This document shows, piece after piece, positions 1 to 12,889 of a stretch of 64,000 bases of DNA. The stretch spans positions 1-64,000 of the forward strand of contig CAXHJY010000720.1 of NCBI GenBank assembly GCA_964016885.1, read 5' to 3'. Positions within the stretch are counted from its first letter, which is position 1. Each line of letters begins with the position of its first letter. Both the position numbers and the translations under genes were made by a program. The notes under the pieces were generated by a model. It was not told the DNA's origin. It saw only the letters and a list, made by a program, of their open reading frames with translations, and searched no databases. Origin of the DNA: Eledone cirrhosa (taxonomy: Eukaryota).

Positions 1-16
1 AAAAAAAAAATGAGAA

Positions 17-199
17 ATAATTCTTTCTATTTTAGGCACAAGGCCAGCAATTACGCAGTACATTACTCGTACTTTATTTTATCGACCCCGTAAGGATGAA
101 AGGCAAAGTTAACCTCGGCGGAATTTGAACTCAGATCATAAAGGGACGTAATTCTATGCTTCAAAGCATGGTGTCTGACTCTCTACCGATACTGCCAAT
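17..199 (-). mobile_element. tRNA-derived SINE family A, near full length
   Basis: Reverse complement has the head TTGGCAGTATCGGTAGAG, B-box GAGTTCAAATTC, core TTTGCCTTTCATCCTTACGGGGTCGATAAAATAAAGTAC and tail GCTGGCCTTGTGCC, repeated more than 30 times in the window. Confidence 0.9.
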
Positions 200-230
200 A
201 AGAATTTAACTATACGTTGTTACTCAACCA

Positions 231-372
231 AGGCGCATGGCTTAGTGGTTAGAGCATTGGGTTTGCAATCAAAATGTTGTGAGTTCAATTCTCAGACCGG
301 GTGATGTGATGTTTCCTTGAGCAAGACACTTTATTTCACGATGCTCCAGTTTACTCAGCTGTAGAAATGAGA
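231..372 (+). mobile_element. CORE-type tRNA-derived SINE (family B)
   Basis: A-box TGGCTTAGTGG, B-box GAGTTCAATTC, CORE-like CCTTGAGCAAGACACTT; relatives at 19720-19845, 31510-31870, 33540-33724 and 56085-56190. Confidence 0.8.
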
Positions 373-759
373 TGATAGGACTGGGGTCCTTATCATTAAA
401 CTCACCCAAGAGACCCCCAACGGGATATACCTTGGAGGAAGCCAGCTAAACCTGCATAAGTGTGAGCTGTCGCACACACACACACGCACGCACACACACA
501 CACGCACGCACACACACACACACTGTTATATATGACGTTTATTAGAATGGTTGTTGTATATAACTTTAATTCGTTAACTTTCTGATGTGGAAGCTGCAAC
601 AACGCCAACACCTGTGATGTTTAAATACATTATTAACAAAATTATGAGAAAGGATAATTTAACTATACTTCGTTACTCTACTGAAACAAGACCGGGTTGT
701 GTGGGAGAACATTCTCTGGCGTACAGAACTCCTAGAGCAAGCCCTATTTGTATATAGAA

Positions 760-1352
760 TGATTTCTAATATAGGCACAAGACCAGTAATTTGGTGGGAA
801 GGAAAAGTCGATTAAATCGACCCCAGTACGTTACTCGTACTTTGCTTTTCATCCTTATGGGGTCGATAAAATAAAGTGTTAACTTTGCTTTTCTCGGCGG
901 GAACTCAGAACGTAAAGGGCCATAATAACTATGCCGCAAAGCATGTTATCCGGGTTCTACTGATATTACCAATAATAATAATAATGATGATGATGATGAT
1001 ACAGTCCTGTTGTTAATTGTATAAAATGAATACTGGTACTTCATTATATCGACCCCGTAAGCGTGAAAGGCAAAGTTAACATCGGCGGGATTTGAACTCG
1101 GACTGTAAAGGGCCATAACTCTATGCTGCAAATCATGGTGTCTGGCGCTCTAATTTAAATAATTGTTTCTACTTTTTGGCACAAGGCTTGCAATTATCCC
1201 AGTACATTACTGGTACTTTATTTAATCGACCCCGTAACGATGAAAGGCAAAGTTAACCACGGCGCGATTTGAACTCAGACCGTAAAGGGCCGTACCTCTA
1301 TGATGCAAAGCATGATGTTCGATGCTCTACCGATACTGCCAATCCACCGCCC
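760..1352 (-). mobile_element. Cluster of three SINE family A copies (about 760-950 rearranged, 1030-1150 partial, 1159-1352 full)
   Basis: Family A core and tail motifs on the minus strand; the last copy ends at CCAATCCACCGCC. Confidence 0.85.
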
Positions 1353-1859
1353 TAGTGTTTGTATATAGAATTTTCATCCACTTGCGTGTTTCTTTAACAA
1401 ACATGGCTGTTCGATTGAGTGAACAATTAGAACTCTCTTTGTCGAAAGTTAAATAACTTCACCTTATTGTATTGTATAAGCTTGGCATTCTAGATAAAAC
1501 TTTTCTCTCTCGCCTCGTATTCCGGTTTTACTTCCTCTGATTATTTATAGGTTAATTTTGTCTTCTTTAAAATTAAAGTGTAAGTTACGATTTAGATATA
1601 ATAGTCACATATTAATACTTCCAGAAATATAGACCTTGTCACGTTATTTCTGTCGCCGTGTGTACTAAAGTGCTCCAAATATACACTAGACAACACTGTT
1701 TTTATCAAGTTTTCCAATTACCAAATCGTTTTATGGCTCCACGGTCAGGAAATTGAATTCTTACACTGATTAAATCTGCTGTTGACTAATAATTATCTAT
1801 ACAATAGCGGAAGATTTATCCAGGCACGAACCAGAGTATTAAAGGCTGTATATATACTT

Positions 1860-2140
1860 ATGGCTACTAAAGCCATTTAAGGACTTAACAAATAGCTGTT
1901 TTCATGGCGAATGTATGAAGCAGACGACCTAGTTATTGCTACCAATATAACAGACAATAAGCAGACTATGTGGACAAATATATATAGTTTGTGTTTATTT
2001 AGAGTGAAGGCACGTGACTTTGTGATTAGGGCAGAGGTACTCGAAATCTTTGCGCCACCACCCGCCTCACAGCTTCGAAATATCCTCAGCTCTTCCACTC
2101 CTATATCCAGAGAGAGAGCTATCTATACGCAAATTTGAGA
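1860..2140 (+). mobile_element. Degraded non-LTR (RTE-like) reverse transcriptase fragment
   Basis: Translation YEADDLVIA resembles the LINE RT LYADDLV motif; the flanks are frameshifted and decayed. Confidence 0.4.
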
Positions 2141-2394
2141 TAATAAATAACAAAAACCGTGGTCGCTTTGTTTTTCATTCTTACGGGATCGATAATCTAA
2201 TCTAATCTGGCCGAGTTTACACTCGCAAATAAGAACCGGAGCTGCCCCTAGGAGTATTGGATTTGGTGAACTTCATATTTGTTTCGGTTGCTGAATATAA
2301 TCAGGGATGGTTACTTCTCCTGAAGGTCGTTAGTTCTCTTCTAACTCGAGCAGGAGCGCTTTCTATTGTCAATTTGTAATAAATTGATCACCTG

Positions 2395-2781
2395 TAATAA
2401 AGAACCAGTAATATACTGGTATCGATTTAATAAACTATCTCACAAAATTGCTGGCCTTGTGCCTAAAGTAGAAATCATTATTATTCTAGAGGACGTTGGA
2501 TTGACCGTATCGGTAGAGGGTCGGACGCCAGGCTTTTAAGCATAGAGTTACGGCCCTTTATGGTCTGAGTTCAAATCTCGCCGAGGTTTACTTTACCTTT
2601 CTTCGTTACTGGTTCGATAAAATAAAGTACTAGTCACGTACTGGGGTCGATTTAATCGAGGTTCCCCTCCTCCCAAATTACTTGTCCCTATCGATAAAGT
2701 ACCAGTAATACTCTGGGGTCGAATTAATCGAATTTCCCCTGTCCCCAAATTGCTGGCCTTGTGCCTATATAAGAAACCAAT
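2395..2781 (+). mobile_element. SINE family A: 3' fragment plus long-tail copy with duplicated core/tail
   Basis: GTATCGGTAGAGGGTCGGACGCC head, GAGTTCAAATC B-box, two GGGGTCGA-TTAATCGA segments. Confidence 0.85.
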
Positions 2782-2961
2782 ATATTATATAAAATGGAGA
2801 AATATTTGGAATATCAGACATGATACAATTGTAAAATATTTGAGAATACTGTGTAGATAAAGCCGCCTCCCTGGGATTTTGTTTTATTCACGAATAAATA
2901 TACAAAAACTTGGGTTATTTCAAATTTCAGCTGCAGAATAACATTGATAGAGGCTTCTGTG

Positions 2962-4438
2962 TGTTTATATATATATGGGTGTCTGTGTATATATATGGGT
3001 GTGTATATATAAATAGGTACATATATATATATGCATATATGTGTCTGTATATATATATATATGTGTATACATCTCTGTATATATATGTGTATATATATGT
3101 GTATATATATGTGCATATATATATATGTGTATATATATATGTATATATATATATATGTGTATATATATATATATGTGTATATATATATATATGTGTATAT
3201 ATATATATATGTGTATATATATATATATGTGTATATATATATATATGTGTATATATATATATATGTGTATATATATATATATGTGTATATATATATATAT
3301 GTGTATATATATATATATGTGTATATATATATATATGTGTATATATATATATATGTGTATATATATATATATGTGTATATATATATATATGTGTATATAT
3401 ATATATATGTGTATATATATATATATGTGTATATATATATATATGTGTATATATATATATATGTGTATATATATATATGTGTATATATATATATATATGT
3501 GTATATATATATATGTGTATATATATATATATATGTGTATATATATATATATGTGTATATATATATATGTGTATATATATATATATATATGTGTATATAT
3601 ATATATGTGTATATATATATATATGTGTATATATATGTGTATATATATATATATGTGTATATATATATGTGTATATATATATGTGTATATATATATATAT
3701 ATATGTGTATATATATATATATGTGTATATATATATATATGTGTATATATATATATATGTGTATATATATATATATATGTGTATATATATATATATATGT
3801 GTATATATATATGTGTATATATATATATATGTGTGTATATATATATATGTGTGTATATATATGTGTGTATATATATATGTGTGTATATATATATGTGTGT
3901 ATATATATATGTGTGTATATATATGTGTGTATATATATATATGTGTGTGTATATATATGTGTGTGTATATATATATGTGTATATATATATGTGTATATAT
4001 ATATGTGTATATATATATGTGTATATATATGTGTATATATATGTGTATGTATATATATGTGTATATATATATATGTGTATATATATATATGTGTATATAT
4101 ATATATGTGTATATATATATGTGTATATATATATGTGTATGTATATATGTGTGTATATATAGATATGTGTATATATATATATATATGTGTGTATATATAT
4201 GTGTATATATATGTATATATATATGTGTGTATATATATGTATATATATATGTGTATATATATATGTATATATATGTATATATATATGTGTATATATATAT
4301 ATGTGTATATATATGTATATATATATGTGTATATATATATATGTATATATATATGTGTATATATATATATGTATATATATATGTGTATATATATATATGT
4401 ATATATATATGTGTATATATATATATGTATATATATAT
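2962..4438. repeat. Compound (TA)n/GTG microsatellite array, about 20-bp period in the left part
   Basis: Direct reading; explains the YI/CV-rich ORFs. Confidence 0.97.
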
Positions 4439-4501
4439 GGAAAGTTATATTTAAAATTGTTGGGTTACAACTAGTAAATATCTATAAAACTGTTTATATT
4501 G

Positions 4502-4567
4502 TATTTTGTCTGATGAAGGCATAGCATATTGTTAATATGATATCCCCGAAATATATATAATGAAATA
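4502..4567 (+). ncRNA. Putative minimal type I hammerhead ribozyme
   Basis: Stem I TATTTTGT/ATGAAATA, CTGATGA at 4510, imperfect stem II (CATATT/AATATG), GAAA-TATATA-TA, then AATAAA. Confidence 0.6.
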
Positions 4568-4608
4568 AATATGGTTTTATAAATATAGTTTTCCATTTAT
4601 TTAATATT

Positions 4609-4637
4609 GTATGTATATATATATATATGTATATATG

Positions 4638-4702
<65 letters not shown>

Positions 4703-4717
4703 GTATATGTATATATG

Positions 4718-4748
<31 letters not shown>

Positions 4749-4892
4749 GTATATATATGTATATATATATATATATGTATATATATATGTGTATATATAT
4801 GTATATATGTATATATATATATGTATATATATATGTATATATATATGTATATGTATATATATATGTATATGTATATATATATGTATATGTAT

Positions 4893-4944
<52 letters not shown>

Positions 4945-4945
4945 G

Positions 4946-5010
<65 letters not shown>

Positions 5011-5015
5011 GTATA
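4609..5015. repeat. (TA)n array interrupted by G
   Basis: Direct reading. Confidence 0.97.
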
Positions 5016-5031
5016 TAGATGCATACATACA

Positions 5032-5113
5032 TGATGGCTGAAACTCGATCTCGAGTAATACCATCGCTTGATATTTAAACAAGAGCATCATGGCGTTTTA
5101 GTCCTGCTGGCGA
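5032..5113 (-). mobile_element. Divergent terminus of the TG..CA element family at 53242-53795
   Basis: Reverse complement ATATCAAGCGATGGTATTACTCGAGATCGAGTTTCAGCCATCA aligns to ATATAAAGTAGTGGCCGTACTCGAAAACGAGTTGGCAGCCACCA; GGACTAAAA is also shared. Confidence 0.6.
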
Positions 5114-5396
5114 CCCGCCTATGGCCAGCAATTCCTGTGCATGAATTCTTTTTTTAAGAGAGGAATGGCTTTGCACGGGGCCAAACTCATTCTCTGAGAA
5201 TCGAACACATTTACACCCAACTCCACCCCACCCCCCAAAAAGTTATTGTTTCTTTGTAGCAGCTGTTCTTCGCCTCTTCTTTTCAAGTATAGGAGTATTT
5301 TACCGGATGTCCTAAGCTCTTATTTATTGTAATCGACAGTTATAGTTAGTTTTTGCGTTTTGGGATTACCACACTTTCAAATATATATATATAATA

Positions 5397-5555
5397 AATA
5401 CAATATCGGAGAAAACTTTTTAGCGATACTCCAGCCAAATTCCAACTCACTCAACAAACATTAGGAAATAAGTGATTATATTCCCAATTATGTGTTCGGC
5501 GTGCTAACTAAAAGTATTGCGTGGAAAATTGGCTGTATTATTTCAAATGAGACAT
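5397..5555. repeat. TA-flanked dispersed repeat, related copy at 44559-44716
   Basis: Shared CTCACTCAACAAACATTAGG, GTGCTAACTA and GTGGAAA...TGTATTATTT. Confidence 0.75.
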
Positions 5556-5618
5556 ATCTAATATCTCTCTCTCTCTATATATATATATATAATATATATA
5601 TAATCTCTATATATATAT

Positions 5619-5666
<48 letters not shown>

Positions 5667-6889
5667 AAACTTCAATCTGTTATTCTAATATATATATATA
5701 AGAAAGTAGTCAGGACCCCGACGGCTGAGCTAGATCCAAACAATTTGGATATAGCTGTCGAAACGGCCGGACTCTTTTCCTATATATATATATAGTAGAA
5801 TAATCGAGTATCGAAAAATCGGCGCACGAGTTCACGAAAAACAAAATTCGAAATGAGCGGCAGAGGGCTCAATAATTCAGATAAATCAGAGCTATAACTA
5901 TCGTTAAAATACCGGCACACATAGAACATGTCTAAAATCAACCATACGACCGAAACATTACGATCTGGAAGATTCGGGACACTCAGATAAAATATCAATA
6001 AATCAAATGAATGTAAAAAGCATACCCGGACCCGCTAGAAAGATGGTAGATCTAGCTTCTTGGGTTTCTGTAAATCCTTAAACCGCCCTCTATCAGCCCA
6101 CATAAAAATATATAAGACTTCTAGAAAGCAGCGGACCGGAATTTACTTCCTCAACGAGCTTTTGTCCGAACGAGTAAAAAGGCATAACCCGAGCTGAAAA
6201 AACGCACATGGAATTCAGCAAGGGAGATAACCTCTATATCCGCAAAAAATATTCGGGAAAATGTGGAAATACACATATCGAATAAGAGTGTTCAATAGAC
6301 ATGTTAAAATAAACAGGAGCTATTCATCATTTAATAGAATCGACAAAAAATGAACAATATATATGAACATATATATATATATATGTGTGTACGTGTGGCT
6401 GTGTGTTTTCATGTGTGCATATGTGTTTTTATGTATAATTTATTTGGAAACAGGTTTCATATGCTTTGTTTAGAAGCGACAAACGAAATTGTTCATTTAC
6501 ATGGAACGTTACCCAACATATTAGCTGCCACTCACTATCAATACGTATCTAAATCGTAATATCATACACGGGAAAGAGGCAAAGAAAAGTTAGAATGAAA
6601 AGCAGAGAAACAATAATAGATATGTCAATACAAATGAGAGAATCTATTACACGCTTCAAGTGTCTTCCTGAACATGTACGAAAATAACAAACGAAACTGC
6701 TGAAATGCAGGAAAGGAATTATCTTGGAATGTTATGAGCTACTTCAAAAAATTTCGTTTTAACTGAAGAACTAGTGACTATTTCCGATAAGTGTCAAGAC
6801 TACCAAACCAGTTATCCATTAGTATTTTAAATATTTATATATATCTAAGCTATTTACATACAGTTAGGGCTTCCATCATTCAGGGTAGT

Positions 6890-7082
6890 GGTGGTTATAA
6901 GGGAGCGGGTATATGTTAGAGGGTCGGACGCCATACTTTCCAGCATAGTTACGTCCCTTTACGATCTGCGTTCAAATCCCGCCGAGGTTGACTTTGCCTT
7001 TCATCCTTACGGGGTCGATAAAGTAAAGTACCAGTAATGCACTGGGTGATTGCTGGCTTTGTGCCTAAAGTCGAAACAATTA
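6890..7082 (+). mobile_element. SINE family A, short-tail form
   Basis: B-box, core and tail motifs. Confidence 0.85.
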
Positions 7083-7141
7083 TTGAAACACACATGCGAG
7101 ATAGATTAGAATTATCAATTTACACGTTGTTTCCATTTATA

Positions 7142-7189
<48 letters not shown>

Positions 7190-7240
7190 ACGTCTGATAA
7201 TGGAGTAGTTATGTTTTGTGTGGTTCACTTTGTGTGGTTC

Positions 7241-7296
<56 letters not shown>

Positions 7297-7300
<4 letters not shown>

Positions 7301-7615
7301 GGAGGTGAGTTTTATTGTAGTACAATAAAACAATGCAGATATCGGATAAGAAGCACTCTACAGTTTGTAGGACTGGAGTATACATAATATATATAAAAAA
7401 AAAAAAAAAAATTTCCCCACATCACACATCAATCTAAAACTACTTTTCATATGTTGATTTAAAACTGCACTATCCACAAGTGTTTTTAACCTTCATATCA
7501 TGTCCTCTTATTTTATCTGATGAAAACACAAATGTTATCGCATGATGATATTTGTTTTTGAAATGCGCATAATAAAATACATGGAACTCATTTAACCATC
7601 TTTTGATCTTATATA
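7297..7615. mobile_element. TA-flanked hammerhead-bearing island (putative Penelope-like pLTR, tail-out); second copy at 41542-41783
   Basis: Near-identical segments at both loci; the left segment is the inverted 3' continuation of the right segment. Confidence 0.7.
7509..7579 (+). ncRNA. Putative minimal type I hammerhead ribozyme
   Basis: Perfect stem I TATTTTAT/ATAAAATA, CTGATGA at 7517, long stem II, GAAA, palindromic ATGCGCAT, AUA site, AATAAA. Confidence 0.75.
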
Positions 7616-7676
7616 TTATATATATATATATGGAGGAGGTTATAGTTCACTTGAAGCATTATGTAATGAGGTATAA

Positions 7677-8102
7677 ACGTTTGAATATGTGTAATAAGGC
7701 CAAAACAATGCAGGTATGGACATAGAAAAAAGAATGCAATAGTAAAAGATATTGTTGAGAATTCGTCTTTCACCTTGAATTTATTTAAATGTCCTTAATT
7801 TTCGAGATAATATCTCTTCTTCGGAGGGAAATAAAGGTCTCAAACCAGCGTCTTAAATCTCTAGCCAAGCCATGCTGGCTTGGCTTGGCTTGGCTAGAGA
7901 TTTAAGCATGGCTTGGCTAGAGATTTAAGACGCTGGTTTGAGACCTTTATTTCCCTCCGAAGAAGAGATATTATCTCGAAAATTAAGGACATTTAAATAA
8001 ATTCAAGGTGAAAGACGAATTCTCAACAATATCTTTTACTATTGCATTCTTTTTTCTATGTCCATACCTGCATTGTTTTGGCCTTATTACACATATTCAA
8101 AC

Positions 8103-8104
<2 letters not shown>
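7677..8104. repeat. Inverted repeat with 200-bp arms (7677-7876 / 7905-8104) and a 28-bp spacer
   Basis: No arm mismatch found by eye; a diverged single copy lies at 10255-10415. Confidence 0.93.
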
Positions 8105-8150
<46 letters not shown>

Positions 8151-8679
8151 AAAGTGAACACAAAATATAACTACTCCATTATCAGAGGTTTCTGGATCCC
8201 AGACAATAATAATATACGTCTGGATCGGTCGTCAGAGTTGTTATGGATAAAATATATGAAATGGGATTTAAAATTTGTAAAATATTCCTTTGCTCTTTCT
8301 TCGGAAGAATTACCTAACATATATATTATATATACATAAAATAAAGTACCAGAAATGCACTGGGATAATTGCTGGCCTTGTGCCAAAGGAGAAACAATCA
8401 TATATATACATTATATAATATATATACATATTATATATATTACATATTTTATATATATTATATATATATTACATATTTTATATATATTATATATATATAT
8501 ATATTTTATATTTATATATATTATATATATATATATATTATATATATTATATATATATTATATACTTTATATATATTTTTATATATAGTACTACTAATAA
8601 TAAATGTGAAGACTAAAATCCGAAGAGGGATCGATACGGATAATATATAGATAAAAACCTTAGAGCAAATATTTATTAA

Positions 8680-8932
8680 AATAACAGATTAAAGTTTAAG
8701 CAAAGAATCGCTGCCTTCACCCTTAACGAGATCTTCTGAAACTAAAAAAAAATCAATCTGTGAACGCAGAAGTAAATATTTCGAAAAACATTGCAAATGA
8801 AGTAAAACAGGAAGACGGTACTTTGTTTCGTGAAGACGTTCCCTGGCAATGATTGATTTTTAAAAAAAATTTTTTGTCAGTTTCAGAAGATCCCGTAAAG
8901 GGTGAAAACAGCTTAAACTTTAATCTATTACT
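8680..8932. repeat. Imperfect inverted repeat in a TA-flanked island; related copy at 9724-9800
   Basis: AGATTAAAGTTTAAGC...TTCACCCTTAACGAGATCTTCTGAAACT versus AGTTTCAGAAGATCCCGTAAAGGGTGAA...GCTTAAACTTTAATCT. Confidence 0.8.
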
Positions 8933-10024
8933 TTAATATATATATATATATATATACTGTTATTGTTATTATTATTATATTATATATTATATATTATATG
9001 AAAACACGTGAGGTACATTACTTCTTTTGTAAAAGGGGGAAGAGGACAGTTATAGACCCTAATTTTACTTCCGCTTTAAGTTATTTTATTTTTAGTCATC
9101 CGAAGGGAATGTACGCAGATTTTCAGTTGACTAAATTTCTTATTCATTTGACTAATTTTTATTTAATGTTTGATTCTTTTTTAATTTGGTTTAATTGTTT
9201 AAGAAAATGTAATTCAATTCGTTTATATAACGATTTGTTTCGTGTATGAATTATAACAAATTTATTTACATTCTTTAGTTTTAAACTTTCAGATATATAT
9301 GTTTATTTTTCATTTATTTATACAAGTCTCTTTAATTATTAAATAGCGATTTGAATTATGTCAGGATAATGATTAGTTATTTTTTCTTCTTTAATTTTAT
9401 TGAACTATAAAATATTTCTCAATACATGTTTCACTCACAAAGTTGACTGAAAACATAAACATGAAGAAATATAAAACATAAACATGAAGAAATATAAAAC
9501 ATAAACATGAAGAAATATAAAACTAAAATTAAATTTAATGTCATATGTCCTTTTGCTCTTCCATATATAAATACATATATGATTATATTGATTGTATTTT
9601 CGTTGTTGTGGCGGCTTATGTGGCTTTGTCCCCTTAACCTTTGTCCCCTTAACCCCGCATCTTCCATTTTCTCACTTCCACTCTTATCTACATTATATAT
9701 ATATATATAGAGAGAGAGGGAGTGGATCCCGTTGAGGGTGAAAGCAGCAATTTTTTCCTTAAATGTTATATTAATAAATATTTGCTCTATGGTTTTATAT
9801 ATTTTGATATATATATATATATATATATATATTATCCTTATCGAGCCCCCGTCCCTAAGAGGAAATATGTGTGTATATGTAAGTAAACGAGTGTGTGTGC
9901 ATGTAAGTTAGCCATTGTTGATAAGGTGTTTAATAAGCACCAATAGAATATTTTTTCCTTTAAAAATCAAAACCTCTGGTTATGTCTTCGTCACGAGTTG
10001 TCTAAAAGAATTTTACTTCTGTAG

Positions 10025-10076
<52 letters not shown>

Positions 10077-10208
10077 CTGAACAAAAAGGAAAAAACGAAC
10101 ACAGACATATATATATGTGTGTTCAAATCATAATGCTTATTTAAAATCCTAGTGCTAATTTACTGTAATGAGACTATCTTGAGTTCCTAACTCAATACAA
10201 GCTTTTGA

Positions 10209-10245
<37 letters not shown>

Positions 10246-10854
10246 CAATACTTGTTTAACCGCTTTACTTTCCTCCGAAGAAGAGATATTACCTCGAAAA
10301 ATAAGGACATTTAAATAAACCTAAGGTAAAAGACTAATTGCCAACAATATCTTTTGCATTTGCATTTTTTATTCTATGTCCATACCTGCATTGTTTTGGT
10401 TTTACAAATTCAAATGTGTGTGTGTGTGTGTCATTTTATTCCTCGTGTTTGCCATACTACACTCTTCCATCAAAAATCGCCTTTGTTGTAGCCTATCTCG
10501 CTAAAGAAATGTTTTAATGCACGTTTCACGATCGAATTCATAAAGAAACTGAAGAATAGAATTTCTTTTAAAAAAGATTGGATATCAACAATGTTTTCTG
10601 CAATTTCTATCGAATAAGATTAAAAAAGAAATGTTTCTACATTTGAATGGGAGGGAAAAATCGATTAAATCTACCTCAGTGCATTACTGGTACTTTATTT
10701 TATCGAACCCAGAATGATGAAAGGCAATGGTTTCTGTTTTAGGCACAAGCCCGAACATTTTTGGAGAGGAGAATGTCGATTAAAGGAGAAAGTTGTTTAA
10801 ATCCAATAAAGAGGTTATGAATATATTTTTATATTTTTATATTTTTATAACTCC

Positions 10855-10945
10855 CTCTATCTGATGTGTGAACTAGACATGTTAATATTGTCTTTGGTCC
10901 TGAAACCGTTGGTAATGGAGTAGTTATTGTGTTCACTTTCTAATT
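10855..10945 (+). mobile_element. Degenerate hammerhead-type island terminus; relatives at 8142-8235 (-) and 7190-7248 (+)
   Basis: CTCTAT-CTGATGT...GAAAC-CGTTG-GTA-ATGGAG; shared AATGGAGTAGTTAT..GTTCACTTT end running into (TA)n. Confidence 0.55.
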
Positions 10946-11798
10946 ATATATATATATATATAAAGAGAGGTTGGAAATAGCACGGAAATACATATTTTAA
11001 GGTCTGTTTTTCTTTTTTTTTCCCTTCTTTGATTCGTCAAAGTGACATTATTGAAAAACTGAGAGGGACAATTCTTTTAAAAAAAGTTTTATACAGTATA
11101 TAAAGTATTACCGGTTTCGATGTATTATTAAAATGTTGAGTATTACAATTAAAAAGAATTAATAGGAATTAAAAACTATAAATTAAAGATTTAAAATTAA
11201 GCGTTGGAGTAAGTTTTTTTCCCATCTTCCTTGCTCAGAAGTAGACTGGATAATGCTATATATATATATATATATATAGCATGTCTGTGTTCGTTTTGTT
11301 TATTCTTCAAATATATATATATAATATATATCCTTTTATTTACCCTTTCAACTCTCGTAACGCTACTCTTTTACGATGAAAGACTAAATCCGATACGCTG
11401 ATAGATTTCTTAACTATCTCATCAACCGTGAAGCAACTAAACCTCTGTGTAATTGTTCTCTGTGTATTTCTGATATTAAAGATTTATGTACGTTCCACAA
11501 AATGATTGGTTCAAGTACCATATTTATTTTATAGACCCGATTCTATCTTTAATCTGCTCATTAGACTTGTTAATCAAGCCAAGAACAAAGAATTTGAGGC
11601 AGACGTTTTCTATACACCATACACAAAATAATGTTACCCCAGACCGATTGTCATTCCACAGAAAAGACCAATTACTAGAATAACTATTACTATAGGTCTT
11701 ATGTTTCTCTTTTTCCTCTTTTTCTTTTTCTTTATCTTTTTCTCTCTTTTTCTCTTTTTTTATCTTTTTCTTTCTCTTGCTCACTCGCTCCCCACATC

Positions 11799-11953
11799 CC
11801 TCGCTTTCCCTCTCGCTTTCCCTCTCTCTTTCCCTCTCGCTTTCCCTCTCGCTTTCCCTCTCGCTTTCCCTCTCGCTTTCCCTCTCGCTTTCCCTCTCGC
11901 TTTCCCTCTCGCTTTCCCTCGCGCTTTCCCTCTCGCTTTCCCTCGCGCTTTCC

Positions 11954-11993
<40 letters not shown>

Positions 11994-12070
11994 TTATCTC
12001 TCTCTCTATTTATCTCTCTCTCTCTGGCTCTCTCTCTCTGTCTCTCTCTGGCTCTGTCTCTCTCTCTCTA
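11799..12070. repeat. 12-bp minisatellite (CTCGCTTTCCCT)n grading into (CT)n
   Basis: Direct reading. Confidence 0.95.
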
Positions 12071-12205
12071 GCTCTCCCCACACTCCTGTCTTACTCCCCG
12101 TCTCTAATTCATTGCTCTATTATGGTAACCTTTATGTGAATTGTTAGAAAACTTTAAAATGTCATTTCACACACCAATGGAAATTTGTTCAGCTCCGTAA
12201 CAGAA

Positions 12206-12366
12206 TATAATATAACATAATATAATATAACATAATATAACATAATATAATATAATATAATATAACATAATATAATATAATATAACATAATATAATATAG
12301 CATAATATAATTGTTTCTACTTTAGGCAGAAGGCCAGCAATTACCCAGTGCATTACTGGTACTTTA
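12206..12366 (-). mobile_element. 3' fragment of SINE family A with expanded (ATATA/ACATA)n pentamer tail
   Basis: AATTGTTTCTACTTTAGGCAGAAGGCCAGC adjacent to the pentamer array. Confidence 0.8.
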
Positions 12367-12457
12367 TAATATAACATAATATAACTGTTTCTACTTCACA
12401 CCTTCTTTGTTATATATACATACACACATACATCATAGATATATATATATTTATATA

Positions 12458-12553
12458 TATGTCAAGAATACAATCTGATTGCAGTGTACCGTTCATAATA
12501 TATATATATATATTATGAACGGTACACTGCAATCAGATTGTATTCTTGACATA
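12458..12553. repeat. Perfect palindrome with (TA)n centre
   Basis: TATGTCAAGAATACAATCTGATTGCAGTGTACCGTTCATAA followed by its reverse complement. Confidence 0.95.
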
Positions 12554-12591
12554 CATCATAGATATGTGTGTATATATATATAGCAAAGGTG

Positions 12592-12628
<37 letters not shown>

Positions 12629-12669
12629 GAAAGTAAAACAAAGAAGCCTTCAATACATCAAAAGTCTTT

Positions 12670-12715
12670 ATTAGCCAACAATGTTTCGTCCTATTAAGGA
12701 CTCATCAGGGCAATT
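12670..12715 (-). ncRNA. Putative minimal type I hammerhead ribozyme
   Basis: Minus strand: TTGCC-CTGATGA-GTCC-TTAATA-GGAC-GAAAC-ATT-GTT-GGC then AATAAA. Confidence 0.7.
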
Positions 12716-12889
12716 AAAACAACAAGAAGTATTATCGGCCAATACAAGCCAGAAACTCCGAAGAATATAGAGTGTACATACACTAAAGTATTGCAAGATA
12801 AAGGGTAAAAATATATAATAAAAATCACTAAGGAGGTGTATAACATTTAGCACCATATTACAAATATAGTCCAAAGCAAAAAAAGCCTA

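Noticed and set aside
231-300. tRNA gene candidates at SINE heads
   Set aside because: A and B boxes are present, but there is no convincing cloverleaf and the sequence continues into SINE cores.
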